Of a DNA stretch of 64,000 nucleotides, positions 14,096 to 27,700 are shown piece after piece. The position numbers were made by a program, and so were the translations under genes. Below the pieces are notes generated by a model that was not told the DNA's origin, searched no databases, and saw only the letters and a program-made list of their open reading frames with translations. Source of the stretch: Phoronis australis. Taxonomy: Eukaryota; Animalia; Phoronida. The first letter of the stretch is position 1; every line of letters begins with the position of its first letter. The stretch spans positions 598,852 to 662,851 of the forward strand of contig NMRA01000215.1 in the NCBI GenBank assembly GCA_002633005.1, in the 5' to 3' direction.

Positions 14096-17000
14096 GCTTT
14101 AAAATTGCGGAAAACGCGAATGTCCTCTATTTTCAAAGTACAGTAGCGACAGTTGTCGTCGAACAGGTTGGGCAAATTTGTCCATTTGTAAACATGGACA
14201 TCCGTTGAGTTATACTCTAAATATGCTGTTTATTTTTCCAACGTCAACCAGAATATTGGAAATAAATTGAAACTATTTAGTTTCACGGGTGTTAAGAAAA
14301 CAGTCTGAGGTGGTGTTAAAAGATATATTTTGAAAGACACAAATCGCGACTTGTTAGTCGAATCCATTGTATATTTTCTAATCTCTCTTGTGCCTGAAGG
14401 CTTTCGTCTGTTCGACTGTACCGGCGGTTGCAATTAGGCACGCTAAAAAGAAAACAAACTCGAGAAATTACAGGACACCATCTTGTTTTCGAAAATGTCG
14501 CGTATATCTTTGTAATCCCAAAGCAGATGAAATAAGAAAATCCCTCAAGTTCATTTTCATCTTTTCATTTAGGTTGTCCACAGGCTGTGTACGGTTTATT
14601 CTCTTGTTTCAAGTTTGCTTGGCACACATTGCCTTGACTGTTGGTTGGTAGATCGCTAGAAACATTGCGCACTTGTAATAAAGATTTCAGACTGGAGAAA
14701 GGAAAGTGTGAATGCAAGCCAGCCAACAAGCTATGTTCTAAAAACTCCTGTTCATTACTTCAGATTGAGTATGAATATTTTGCCTTCCGTAAATAAATCA
14801 TACATGTTTTATGAAGCTACATAGTAGTGCAGATGTTTGTAACTCCCAAGCTAGGCCACAACAAGTGACGTGACTGACAATTTATCAGAATTTGTGGGCA
14901 ATGCCAAACCACAAAAATGAGCCAAATGTTCTCCAGCATAGCGATAGGACTGACAACTTATATAGACAGAGTTTCTCAGAGGCAAGAATCTCGGAAAGGA
15001 AGCCCGTGTGATCACGCAGCTTCGCATGCAATACATGGCGATATCTCACGAAGTCTTGCGCTGGGTCCATGTAACGCACCCCCTGTAAAACCTCGGGTAT
15101 TCGTAGCGGAATTTCACATCTGGTCATGTGCGGACGTCAGTCATACGGCAAGTCATGTGACGTTCAAAATATGGAATGGTTGGTTGTATGACTGAAGTCG
15201 CACACGCGCAGTTATCAAGCATCTCGAGGGAAAATTTGAGGCTACAAAATATCTGAGGTCGTCCGAATTGTAACAAGTATGGAACTTATGTAAGGTGATG
15301 AAAACATGAGTCCTAAGCGGACAGCAAGATAACAGTTAAGACAGGCAGCAAGATAACAGTTAAGACAGGCGTGGAGAGTTAGAATATCCATTCCCAAACA
15401 CGTACGTTTCGGACTAAGCCGCCCTCCCAAAATGCTTAAATGATTCCCTGCTTTAATGATACGAATCTTTATTTTGAAGTATAGGAGAATCTGGAGGAAA
15501 AGTTCCTTTTACAACCGTGTGGACTGTTTGCCACAAGAAAGGGCGCAAAATGCGAATGTGCGTTAAACCGATCATGCACGCATTCGTTATCTTCCTGTTT
15601 TTCACCTCGCAGCGATACCACGTAACAAAAATCACATCAGCATTGTTCAAATCATAACTTTTTTCAAAATGGCCTATATTCCTTTAATTATCATACTGAA
15701 TCAGATTTCTGCTATCAACGGTGTCCTTAGTTTCCTGTTTTGTTCGTCGAGGATAGGGCCTTTCCATTGTATAAAGTTGTTAAAGTAAAACCATCAAACA
15801 GGCTGAACAAAAATAACCGAGACAAAAACAGAAAGTAAACTGTTGTGGCAGCTTGGTGGTGCATTCTTTATGCTTATTGGCAGACCTGTCAGATATCGCT
15901 ATTTATTGGCTTGACAAGATAAAGAAAAATGAACGACTTCTGATTGAGCGAGTCTGCTTAGTTCAACTTGTTAAACCGAGAATCAGTGACAGGAGGTATT
16001 TTTACTGGAGATTTTGTAACGTAAGAAAAAACACGAAAGAGTGTATTAATAGAAAAGCGTACCATTTAGTAAAAACAAACATGTCATTTCGGCACTGAAT
16101 GTTAAACAGCATAGTTCATAATTTTACCCTCACCTGAGAGAATCAACTAAATTTGTGAACTGAAAACTATATTTTTTAAAACTGAAAACCGAAATTGAAA
16201 ATGTGAAACAACTTTTGAGATAAATGCATTGTGTGTTGATGTCAATGGCCGTCCATTGTTGTATTAAAAATTAAGCCAAACTTTGAGACTTTGTCGATAA
16301 AGTTTTGTTAGACCTTATCCACACAAATATAGTGAGATTAGAAAGACAGCAGAATTTGATTTCATGTTAATCTGTCATTAAATGGGTCACGTGACCATCT
16401 CTTTTATATTAACATTCGGTAAAAAAGAAAGTTCATTCATAATAAAACAACGGTATCAATAATATGACCAAATTTCTTGATATAAATGATAAAGATGAAA
16501 ACTCATAAACACTTTTACAATTTTCCAATCTATCATTTCGTTGTCGATTTACACAACTTTTCCCCACAAGAATCACAGAAGTCCCTCCTACAAAGGCGGA
16601 GTCGCTTGAAAACAATTCTTAACAGCGTTTTGGAGAGCAATGCATCAAACACAATATCAGCCATTCTGAAATAAGATTTTCTGGTGATAGCCTGAACATG
16701 GTCATTTTCCACGGTCGTATATGAACTTCAGTGTTAAATCAATTAGTTTCTTCCTAAAATTAGGTGCAATTTTCATTACAGCCATATTTTTATATATTTA
16801 TCGTTAATATTAAACTACGGCATGTACTTCGGGAGATTGCGTGTGTACAATATACTGACAGCCAGTGTGACTATTACCTGGGGACGTGTTCCAAAGCGTC
16901 GAAGTTGTACGTAGTCAACTGGACGCACGCCTTGCAAAACGAGGATAACATTGTGGTCTAGAGATTGTACTGCATGAATTGTATAAATACTGGTAATACC

Positions 17001-20000
17001 ATGTTGTGCGTACACTCAAAACAATTTTGCACCCTTTCTTAGAACGCATATTCACACGACTTGAGCTGAGGGCTGTAACATTTCGCTAATCCAAAGTTCT
17101 AATATCTGATCTTCGTTGTCTATTTCGTTATACATGTATTGCAAAGTATAATTTAAAGATACATTTACTCTTTGATTTACAAAAACCAGACTAAAACATA
17201 CGATGAGTTCCGTTGGTCAAAATATTTCACTAAAATATTAACATTTCATAATTATCCGTACTATTTGTGTTCTCCTCATTCTACTATTAATTTTTAAAAA
17301 GATTTCTAAAGGGTGGGGGTATTTTAGGGGAAACCTAATTAAATGGCGGTAATTGAGTGAGTGCATATAATGAGGCACATGTCACTCACTACGGTCGCCA
17401 TTTTAGTTGGTGATGAACAACAACAACGAAAATTAAACTAAAATTGATAATTGATAATAAAATCAATTAAGTTACTTTAAAAGTGTTTGTAGTTGTGTTA
17501 AATGAACATTATTTGGACTTACGCTTTGGCTGAATTAACATGCAATAAAGTAAAAAAATGCTTGAAAATGTAAAGCTTTTGAATTTCTATGTCACACTCG
17601 AAATATGATTGACAGTCGTTTTTAAATTAATTTCTCCGGGCTTGACATTTTAACATAGCCGCAAGTGACCCCTTGCGGAAGAACCACTTATCTAAAAGTG
17701 GCCTACGGTTTGGATGGGCGTGGTCGAATTTTCAACTGATTGACAAACATTCTTCGACCTAATGAAATTATGACATATACATTGACAATGAAAAAGCACT
17801 TTTAACACGTTGTATCTCTTGTAGAACCCAATTTACAGCTTGCTTTTATGGGGGACACTATTTATTATAATGAATGCGTGTTAACTCTTTTTAATTTTGT
17901 CGGGGATAAGCACAATGACTAGAACAGCAAAACAACATGTTGACTTTTAATGGAAGCGGGATAGTTGATAAATTTATTTATGAATTGATGTATGGGATGT
18001 TATGTGATTGCGTGGATGAGTTAGTGAGTGTGTGAATGATATTATGATATTCTAGTCCCGTGTCATGTTTTCAACAATACCATTTTGTATTTTAAAGTGT
18101 TTAATTTTCAATAAATCGTTGAAAAAAAATCTTCTTTCTGCTAATACATACAAAATCTCTATTCTCGTTTACGTTATGTGGGAGTATTTGGCGAACCCTT
18201 TGGTTGTAGAGGAAGTACTTTGTTATTTACAGGTTGCGTTAACTAATGTAAAAAGTGGTTAACAAATTCACTCCGTTATAGGATTCAGTCTACTCTGACT
18301 TTCGGTCGGCCCTCTATGCTTATTACTTTCTCATTGTCGTTTTACAAAGCCCGAGGCTACCATTTCAAATAATTTCCTATCATCATTAAAGCACTTAGTC
18401 ACGTCTGTTATTGGCTTTTTATGTTCACTTAATTTTTGGTAGGCATTTAATTGTGGTCACACGCCGGACTGTTTAGATCGTCCACTTGTAAAGTGTCCTT
18501 TTATTGGCGATACCTAACGGGTAATTGCAGTTTCAATTGTAATTGGGGTACTCAACAAAGATCATTGACTTATCCTGTTATTTTTTCAGGCGTCGTGAGT
18601 TAAAATTTAATAGCACTCAAGGCAATTTAAAGTGAAACTTAGCTGAAAATTGGGACTACGGCTTTATACTGACGACCAGCCTGTGTTGAAGATTTTTCTC
18701 TAAAAGAAAATATTTAAATGTTTAGCATCGTCTCAGACAAAAGATGTTTAAAGTGAAATTGATCGCGGGTATTAGCGTTCATTCATTGTTTGCCCTCCGT
18801 TAAATCCCATATAGTGTTTGAATGACGATGTTTGCTTATGAATTATTCGACTAAGTGGCGACAGAGGATAGCAGTTTGACCGACGGAGAGTGTACGGTCT
18901 GATAAGACTCGTCGACTCCAGTCGGTGACAGGCAGATCGGTGATGGACGACCGAGCCCTTACCTGTTCGACGACTGAAGCAGGTGCTACGCGCAGACGGC
19001 ACGCGATTCATTTATGGGACTGTCGCTAACTCGTGAACATGGCTTTATGTTTTCGGACTTCCTACGGTGGGTAGATTTGTCAATAGTGTGCAACAGTAGG
19101 CTAAATAAAATTATATTTTTCCTTGATAGTTTGCTTGTACAGTGTATGTATAAGAGCATTGATAACCGACTAAAACGATTACCGTAATCCATTTTGTTTT
19201 TTATTTTTTAATAGTTGTGACTAAGGCATTAAAACGATTTCTTTTCATGTTGTCTTACATATCGCGGAAAGTTCAAGTGCAGAGATTAATGGAATCATAA
19301 AGTTATGCAATTTCCCTTGATGAACACCTTGTTGATTTTAATTTCAAATATAATGTGATGACAATGAAATATCCGTAAACATTAATATGATAACTACTAT
19401 TAACCTTAAATAAATATTTTTATTTTCCTTTGTGCAATGTGGTTTTCAAATCATTATGAATATCTTTTAGTAGGATTAAAGAGTCCAAATGAAGTAGTAT
19501 AAAGTCGTGTAATATAACCTGAAGTAAAATTGATTATTGAGAATCAATATTACATCCACGCGAACAATTGAATTTATGATGCAATATTCTTAAAAAATAT
19601 TGTTGTTAAAACACAACGTTAATTAACGATCCAACGTCACGTGAATTGAGGTCACGTATAAAACGTAAAAATGCCCCCGTCAAACTATGGATTAAGAAAA
19701 TTATTGATAAGAAATCTAGTGAAGCAGATTTTTATTAATGCGTTGCACTGGATGTTTAATATGGATTACATTTATCTCATTTCATGTTGTGTTTGACTAA
19801 AGTCTGGGTAAACCAAGAAGGGAATTAATTAGGATATTTAACGACAGACATATATCATCCGCCTGTCTTCCATTCAGTTAGTGGTAGCGAGCGTTATTTT
19901 TTGTTTTGTGTTAGATCGTTTGTAATTAAGCTTTCCTCAACAGCATGTATTGCTGTTAAATTTTTTAAATATTAAACGGCAATTAACGTATAAGCATATC

Positions 20001-22065
20001 CACGGTAACCAATTATTAATTCAGACCTTATGCAATTTAAGTCACCGTACATGTGGGTATTTAGACCCATCCTACTGCACGTGAACTTGCGCCTACATCC
20101 GGAATTATGCACGTGCGGTTACATGTGAAACATTTAGCTGAATATTTGCTGACGTTGCGTTGTATTCAATTTAACAATATCTATTGGTACAAATTTTAAG
20201 AATAGTTAAGCACACACTTGAAGGTGTGCAAGGAATAGTCGTGGTTTAGTGAAGCTAGTTCGCATGCGGCTAAATGCGATTCAACGCTTAAAGGTGAATT
20301 TTGTCCTGTTTAGCTGGCTAAGAAACGAAACTATAATTAGGTCTTTTACTCTCATAAAATCGTATCATAATATTCCTGATCGCGGCAGGCTTACGTTTCC
20401 GTCACGTGAATCACGTCACGTGCAATAAGCACACGCACCATTGTTGAATTCGCAGTTTTAATTTTGGACAATGCCAATAATTTCTGAAGCGTTTACCTGA
20501 GTCGTTGTTTTTACGATGTTTTTGTTAGTAACGGAAGAATAATAATATGACGATAAGGAATAACATGAGTTCGAAATTATGGCGGTAAAAGGTCTTGTAC
20601 CATTTCCGGTTTTACCCAGCTCAATAGGGTTAAATGCAGATCATACCGGTATGAATAATAATTTGCACTTTTTGAACCGGTCGAATATGTGAAGATATAT
20701 TGTTCGTTTTATTGCAAAACACTGCAGCGTGGGTACTGTATAGCTTCAATATCATGGCAATTTAATTTTGTTTTAACTTGAAGACACTATATGAGCATAC
20801 CTATTGTCACTGCAGACAAAGTGTCATTGTCAAGTGGAGTCAGTATAATGTCACATATGGGAGTGAGAAAAACGGATCAGCTGATGGGATGTCTTAAAAT
20901 AATAACTCAAGTTCGACATACGTCCGCAATATAACGAATTGTGTCAAAAGGTTCGTTTCCAGAAATCAATAGCGAAGGAAAATAGGAAATCCTTTTCATT
21001 TATCTTACAATTATGTTACCTTAATATCGAATGCGTTTCCGAACGAATGCTTCATTGGCGCACCTCAACGGGGTAAAATATGAGACGGTCAAACATTATT
21101 TGGTCTAAACAAGGAGTATCTAGCATCAAGAATATTGTGCTGTTGGTTGGAATCAATTGGCATTCTTCAATTATCGAAACATTAATCACTTCTTAAATTA
21201 TTCTACAATTTTATAGTCATCTAGTAAACATGCACAGCACGTGTAGCTCATGAAGGTATTAAATTGTGCTTAAAATCTCACTGAATATCAGAAATGCTTA
21301 TAATGGAATTAAGCTGTTTTTCACACCCTTCTACAAGTATCTTTTGCGCGTGGATTTTTTAGAAATTCCCCAGACCTGTAGTCGATTAATCCCGAATACA
21401 CTTGGGTGTCTTCACCGTTTGTTCAACTGACTATTTCTCCTGGAAAATTAATGATTTTAGTTTCAACTTTTTATTTGAATATTTTTTTCTAAATGGAAAC
21501 TGAAACATTTACTCTCACAGTCACACCTTCCGGCACTGCTTGGCTTAACTTTGCAGTCACGTGAATCTATAATGGTTTTACAATCAACAAAAATACATAA
21601 TTTTAAAAAAAATCTGTCCTATGTTAACGAATACTTCATTATATACAATAGCCCGACTGAAATTTGATTTTACTTAGGTATCTTCTAGTGCTTACCAGTC
21701 GTCTTATAAATAACTAAGTGCCAACAGAAACACTTCAAATATTTGTTGCTTGTATAGCCGAAATCTATCATTCAGAAAAAGCGATGTTATTTTTAATTAG
21801 TCATTCTAAACAATAATCTCAAACCTCTTGTGAATAATTTTGAAATGTAGATTGACGGAACGTACAGAGAAAATTATTTTTCTTCTCAAATTAACGAACA
21901 ATGCATATTTTTATGACCATCTCTTCATGAATTGAAACAAGTAATCTTGTTCATAAATCAATAAGTAACGCAATGATTACCATTTTAATGGTACCTTTTG
22001 AGACACAGTTGTATTCCTGACCATGCGCATTTATGCCCATAAAGGAACACTTCGTGTTTACTCTT

Positions 22066-22331
22066 CATGAGCACACCCAGCCTTCAATATGGGGGGGGGG
22101 TCGAATTCCTGACGTTGTGGAACTTTTGCTAACAAAAGAGCGGGCGGACTACAAAAAAAAACAAAAAAAAAAACGGGAGCACCACTGTAAAGTGCGCGTT
22201 TGCGCTAATTTAGTGAACTTTTGTCCCATTTTCTCAGACTTTTTGTCTCTCAGGGGGAGGACCTTTTTGCCCACTTCGCCAAATGGGGGCTCCTTCGAGC
22301 CCCCCTCCCCCTCCCCCTGGGTGCGCGCATG
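22066..22331. mobile_element. Same MITE family as 6107-6342
   Basis: CATGAGCACACCCAG...CTGGGTGCGCGCATG with shared internal motifs. No clear TSD. Confidence 0.65.
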
Positions 22332-23240
22332 ACGTATCGCGATGACCCCGAAAAACTTAAGAAACCGGTAATCAGGCAAGATTTGGCAAGACTTTTGTTG
22401 TATACGTGACGCACATAGTTCGTCAGACCACTCGATTTCAGTTGAAACTAAAAACTTGGGTCAAATATTGTTGATAAAGTGCTGTGAATAAACAGGAATT
22501 TATCAGAAAAGTTCACTTTGTTAAAGAACTTTTAAAGATTAGAGATGTGTACTATTAGTTAGCCGAGTCCGTGCGTTATTTCAACGAAGACCTCTTCCAA
22601 GCTAGAGACGCCTCTCTTGACAGAAAATCACCACGGCAACGCGCGTGCAGGTTTACGAGGCAGGCCATTGGTTTTGCGATGTAGGTGCCAAACTGTGGAA
22701 AGTGAAATACTTTTTGCGCAAGCTTCTGTGTGCGATAATACATCTACTTCGTAACCCAACACTGGCGTGCATTATCTTACTGACATCTGGTCAGAGTTAT
22801 CTCCACATGTAACCACATGCCATATTTTCAGACCAAAAAAATCGTACCATTATCATTAAATTTTATTATCGGGCATCAAAAGCAATTCCAAGTGACCATC
22901 TACACAATGCAGTCCCACAGTGACACGAACGTAATCGTCTGAGCAGGCAATGGATATGTAGAACCCCAGCGATACTTACACATATCTTCTACTATGTCGT
23001 ATGGGGTTGTGTACGTTGCATCTCTCTCACGTTCTTTGTCACGTTACAACCATGGCCAGATTCATTTTTGTGCGTAAAATTTACAAAAAAAAAAAAAACA
23101 AAAAAACATACGGTTGTTGATTCCAACAGCATTCGACGGTATTTCCCGAGGATTCCACAGGCAAAGCCCGTGTATTCAAAGGAAGAGCAAGTAAACAAAC
23201 ATTGGAAAATTAGAAGCTGTTTTAAAAACACGAAAACTAC

Positions 23241-26200
23241 ATAAAATTTACAATCATTTAGAAAATCTTATTCTGTTTTCATAGTCTATCAATGGCCTCG
23301 TTTATAAATTTAAGTCGTGTCTAGAAGTATATTTCGCCGAACTCTTTTGAGCCACGTCGTGAAACCGGTTCCAACGTATAATTGTACAGATTATGACCAT
23401 GCAAAGTTAAGTTGCAATGCCTTGCTTGTGCTTTGATTCGGTAATACAATTGCGAGCTCATTATATATATTACAATTTTAAGGATTTAAACTTTGAACTT
23501 TAAATACTCATACGACATATTACTTTATTATGTGTGCGCACTCACGAAATGTCTCAGGTTTGACGTCGTTGTTTGGATAATTTTGGGTTTAGGCGTCAAG
23601 CAGGTATCAGCCAGAGCACCACCAAGTGGTTGACCACACGGCGCTTTTGACAATCAGGCTTCATGTCGTAAAATTTTCAATCTTTATTTAAAAATATTCT
23701 TTGTCGAGCTTTTTACAGACTCACGAAATGTCCTTGATTTCCGCGACATGTTTATCAGTTCTTGGCGTTTCTACAAGCTGGTCTCACCTTGTGCGATATG
23801 AAATACATGTACGCTCCTTTGCAGCGTGCTTATGTAGTGACTATCTGAAGTAATGCGTCATGTAGAATGCAGAAATAAACAAGGTAACACATGTTGGCTT
23901 TCGTAGCTGACGCACCATTCATGAGCACAAAACCTTGACCGCAACGCCACCTCTCAGACGCTTTGTTGGTGTCGCACCTAGTTCTCTTGTTACAACATCC
24001 GTAAACAATTTGTTTCGTACCCCTGTGGAGTGTTAGTTTCCTGACACAACTGTCCACCTGGTTGGCTCCTGGCGCCCGGACGCAGGTCAACGCCCAGAAA
24101 ACGCCTGCCATGTGGCCTGTTGTGTGAGTTAATTGTGACGCCGTCTCTGACGGAAATTTGTGGACAGACATTGTATTACATAACGCGTGCACTGTAATGG
24201 GGTAGAGCTGGAAAGCGATACCAGAGAGTGAGAAATGAATATTGCGGAGAAAGCCTCACTTGATTGTCTCAGAAACTTATGACATTTCACCTCTCTAGTA
24301 TTATTTCTTCACCTAGTACTGCCTAGTACTGTGGGTTTCCAGACTCGGGCGTGTGTATTTCAAGCCTTATAGAGGGCGTTGGAATAATACGTCAAGTTCG
24401 AAGTTTGTTACAAGTTATGGTTGAATAAATGCTTGGTTCTAAAGAGCTGTGTGTAACTGTGCGTGTGTCTGTCACCTATGACCCGCAATAGCGTGCAGAG
24501 GTTTGGTGATGCCCTGGGCGATATATATTTGATGTCCATCTCTTTACGTAGATGCATGGACCCTAGTAATAAGAACAGTAAAAAAGATGAAACTCAAAAT
24601 AGAAACTTTATTTAGTTTAACTGCAAATCAGTCACAATTTCAAAAGTTTATTCATAGTGATTGGATGCCCTCGATGTGGAGATCCAGGGCTCGACATAAC
24701 GAGCTGCAGGTCGCATTTGCGACCTGAAATTTGGAAATGCGAGCTGAGATTTTTGTCAGCTCATATAAAGTCGCAAAATGCGACCTGGAATTTCCAACGA
24801 ATGCGAGCTGAGTTTTTACACTTCTAAACAGATACCTGGCAAATACACAGCAGCTCTTGTTAATCCGACCGTTATTTGGTTGTTGCCAAATACAAGTTCA
24901 AAAGAACCCTAACCGAGAACATGCCTCGATCCCGATGACTTGTAAGCAAGTCGCGTGAACATGGGATATGCAGAATCGATCTTTGACGCGTTTCATTGGC
25001 TAACACNATAAAATTTACAATCATTTAGAAAATCTTATTCTGTTTTCATATTCTATCAATGGCCTCGTTTATAAATTTAAGTCGTGTCTAGAAGTATATT
25101 TCGCCGAACTCTTTTGAGCCACGTCGTGAAACCGGTTCCAACGTATAATTGTACAGATTATGACCAAGCAATGTTAAGTTGCAATGCCTTGCTTGTGCTT
25201 TGATTCGGTAATACAATTGCGAGCTCATTATATATATTACAATTTTAAGGATTTAAACTTTGAACTTTAAATACTCATACGACACATTACTTTATTATGT
25301 GTGCACACTCACGAAATGTCTCAGGTTTGACGTCGTTGTTTGGATAATTTTGGGTTTAGGCGTCAAGCAGGTATCAGCCAGAGCTCCACCTAGTGGTTGA
25401 CCACACCGGGCGGCGCTTTTGACAATCGGGCTTCATGTCGTAAAATTTTCTTGATTTAAAAATATTCTTTGTCGAGCTTTTTTACAGACTCACGAAATGT
25501 CCTTGATTTCCACCACATGTTTATCAGTTCTTGGCGTTTCGACAAGGTGGTCTCACCTTGTGCGATATGAAATACATGTACGCTCCTTTGCAGCGTGCTT
25601 ATGTAGTGACTATCTGAAGTAATGCGTCATGTAGAATGCAGAAATAAATAAGGTAACACATGTTGGCTTTCGTAGCTGACGCACCATTCATGAGCACAAA
25701 ACCTTGACCGCAACGCCACCTCTCAGACGCTTTGTTGGTGTCGCACCTAGTTCTCTTGTTACAACATCCGTAAACAATTTGTTCCGTACCCCTGTGGAGT
25801 GTTAGTTTCCTGACACAACTGTCCACCTGTTTGGCTCCTGGCGCCCGGACGCAGGTCAACGCCCAGAAAACGCCTGCCATGTGGCCTGTTGTGTGAGTTA
25901 ATTGTGACGCCGTCTCTGACGGAAATTTGTGGACAGACATTGCATTACATAACGCGTCCACTGTAATGGGTAGAGCTGGAAAGCGATACCAGAGAGTGAG
26001 AAATGAATATTGCGGAGAAAGATCACTTGATTGTCACAGGAACTTATGACATTTCACCTCTCTAGTATTATTTCTTCACCTAGTACTGTGGGTTTCCAGA
26101 CTCGGGCGTGTGTATTTCAAGCCTTATAGAGGGCGTTGGAATAATACGTCAAGTTCGAAGTTTGTTACAAGTTATGGTTGAATAAATGCTTGGTTCTAAA

Positions 26201-26441
26201 GAGCTGTGTGTAACTGTGCGTGTGTCTGTCACCTATGACCCGCAGTAGCGTGCAGAGGTTTGGTGATGCCCTGGGCGATATATATTTGATGTCCATCTCT
26301 TTACGTAGATGCATGGACCCTAGTACTAAGAACAGTAAAAAAGATGAAACACTAAATAGAAACTTTATTTAGTTTAACTGCAAATCAGTCACAATTTCAA
26401 AAGTTTATTCATAGTGATAGGATGCCCTCGATGTGGAGATC
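23241..26441 (+). repeat. Near-identical 1.44-kb duplication (23241-24684 vs 25008-26441), probably two haplotypes
   Basis: The copies differ by scattered SNPs and small indels, and are joined at a single N (25007). Confidence 0.9.
24685..25006 (+). mobile_element. 5' end of a hAT-like DNA transposon, cut off at a contig join
   Basis: Starts CAGGGCTCGAC with repeated subterminal TGCGACCTG/TGCGAGCTG motifs. It is absent at the equivalent position (26441) of the second duplicate copy. Confidence 0.55.
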
Positions 26442-27093
26442 CCAAAGCCGTCTCCCCGTCGCCCCCTCTTTTGCACATTATTGTCATGGTGGCAGCATTG
26501 GGATTGTTTAATTATTCATGTGTGTTTATGCAGACCAAGTGTGAACCTTTACTGGTAATGAACAAGCAGCAACTGGCGACACAATCCGTCATGTAAATGT
26601 ACTGTTGTGTGCCGATTTTAATAGCTTGTTGTTTTCATAATAATGCATATGTGAAACGTTGTATTTACATTTCCTTTGACATTTAAAGCAGTAAAAACTC
26701 CATTACGCATCTGTGGACAATTATGAGACAGGGAATACCCAATCTTTGCTTGAGGTTTCATAAAACGTTTTGTTTTTGTCCGCAAATTGCTGTCACGTGA
26801 CGCCAACACTTTGGTCGTTAGGCCGACGTCTCGAAAGCCGGGACAGTCAATGCGGAACGCCACCGACATGCAGGGCATAGACATGGCGTGATAAAGACTG
26901 ATATATGTACAAATATAATGTTTCACACGGAAACAAATGCGTTAATCTGATTGTCTGGGAGAAACACATTTGTTTACCCCATGCCGACGCAGGATATGGA
27001 AGTACTGTTTGGAAACTAGGGAGGAAAACGTACTTCAGTAATGGGTTCATGGAGATTTCTGCACTGATGGCAAATAATTCGTTAAAATTTCAG

Positions 27094-27338
27094 ATGTTAA
27101 CGCAGGGTATGAAGAGCATTCGCACACACCCAACAGTGATAATAAACGATCAACTCCAATCAGTGACACATCATCGGAAGAGTGTCACCTTCTCAGACAG
27201 AGGACGAAACGGAAACCACGTGTGCTCTTCTCTCAGGCACAGGTTTATGAGCTGGAGCGGCGGTTTAAACAACAAAGATATTTGTCAGCACCCGAACGGG
27301 AACAAATGGCCTCAATGCTCAAGTTAACCTCAACACAG
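27094..27338 (+). CDS. NK4: NK4/tinman/Nkx2-5-class homeobox gene, exon 2 (homeodomain helices 1-2)
   Basis: Acceptor TTTCAG| at 27093, phase 1, gives DVNAGYEEH...[48 protein letters not shown]. Donor CAG|GTAAAT at 27338/27339. This frame is not in the ORF track. Confidence 0.95.
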
Positions 27339-27381
27339 GTAAATGTATTTTGACGGCGGAAATACAGCTGCTGTGTGTGCA

Positions 27382-27648
27382 GTCATCATCGCCATGGTCA
27401 TCATCGTCATCATCAATATTTCTATCACCACCTCCACCAGTACCATCACAACCACCATCATCGTCATCATAGCATCATCATTATCGTCATCACCACCATC
27501 ACCATCATCGTCATNNNNNNNNNNNNNNNNNNNNNNNNNNNNNNNNNNNNNNNNNNNNNNNNNNNNNNNNCCACCACCACCACCACCATCAACACCACCA
27601 CCACGACCACCACCACCATCACCACCACTACCACCGCCACCACCACTC
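27382..27648. repeat. (CAT/CAC)n tract with N gap at the start of NK4 intron 2
   Basis: Direct observation, with Ns at 27515-27570. Confidence 0.9.
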
Positions 27649-27700
27649 CAGTTTTACTCGTGACTTTATTATTATTAACAAGCTTACAAGTATGCACTAC

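Noticed and set aside
23830-25961. Two near-identical 120-aa ORFs as a duplicated gene
   Set aside because: They lie in an N-joined haplotype-like duplication, have non-ATG starts and no recognisable domain.
26905-27327. 140-aa ORF overlapping NK4 exon 2
   Set aside because: Wrong frame; the homeodomain is encoded in another frame bounded by splice sites.
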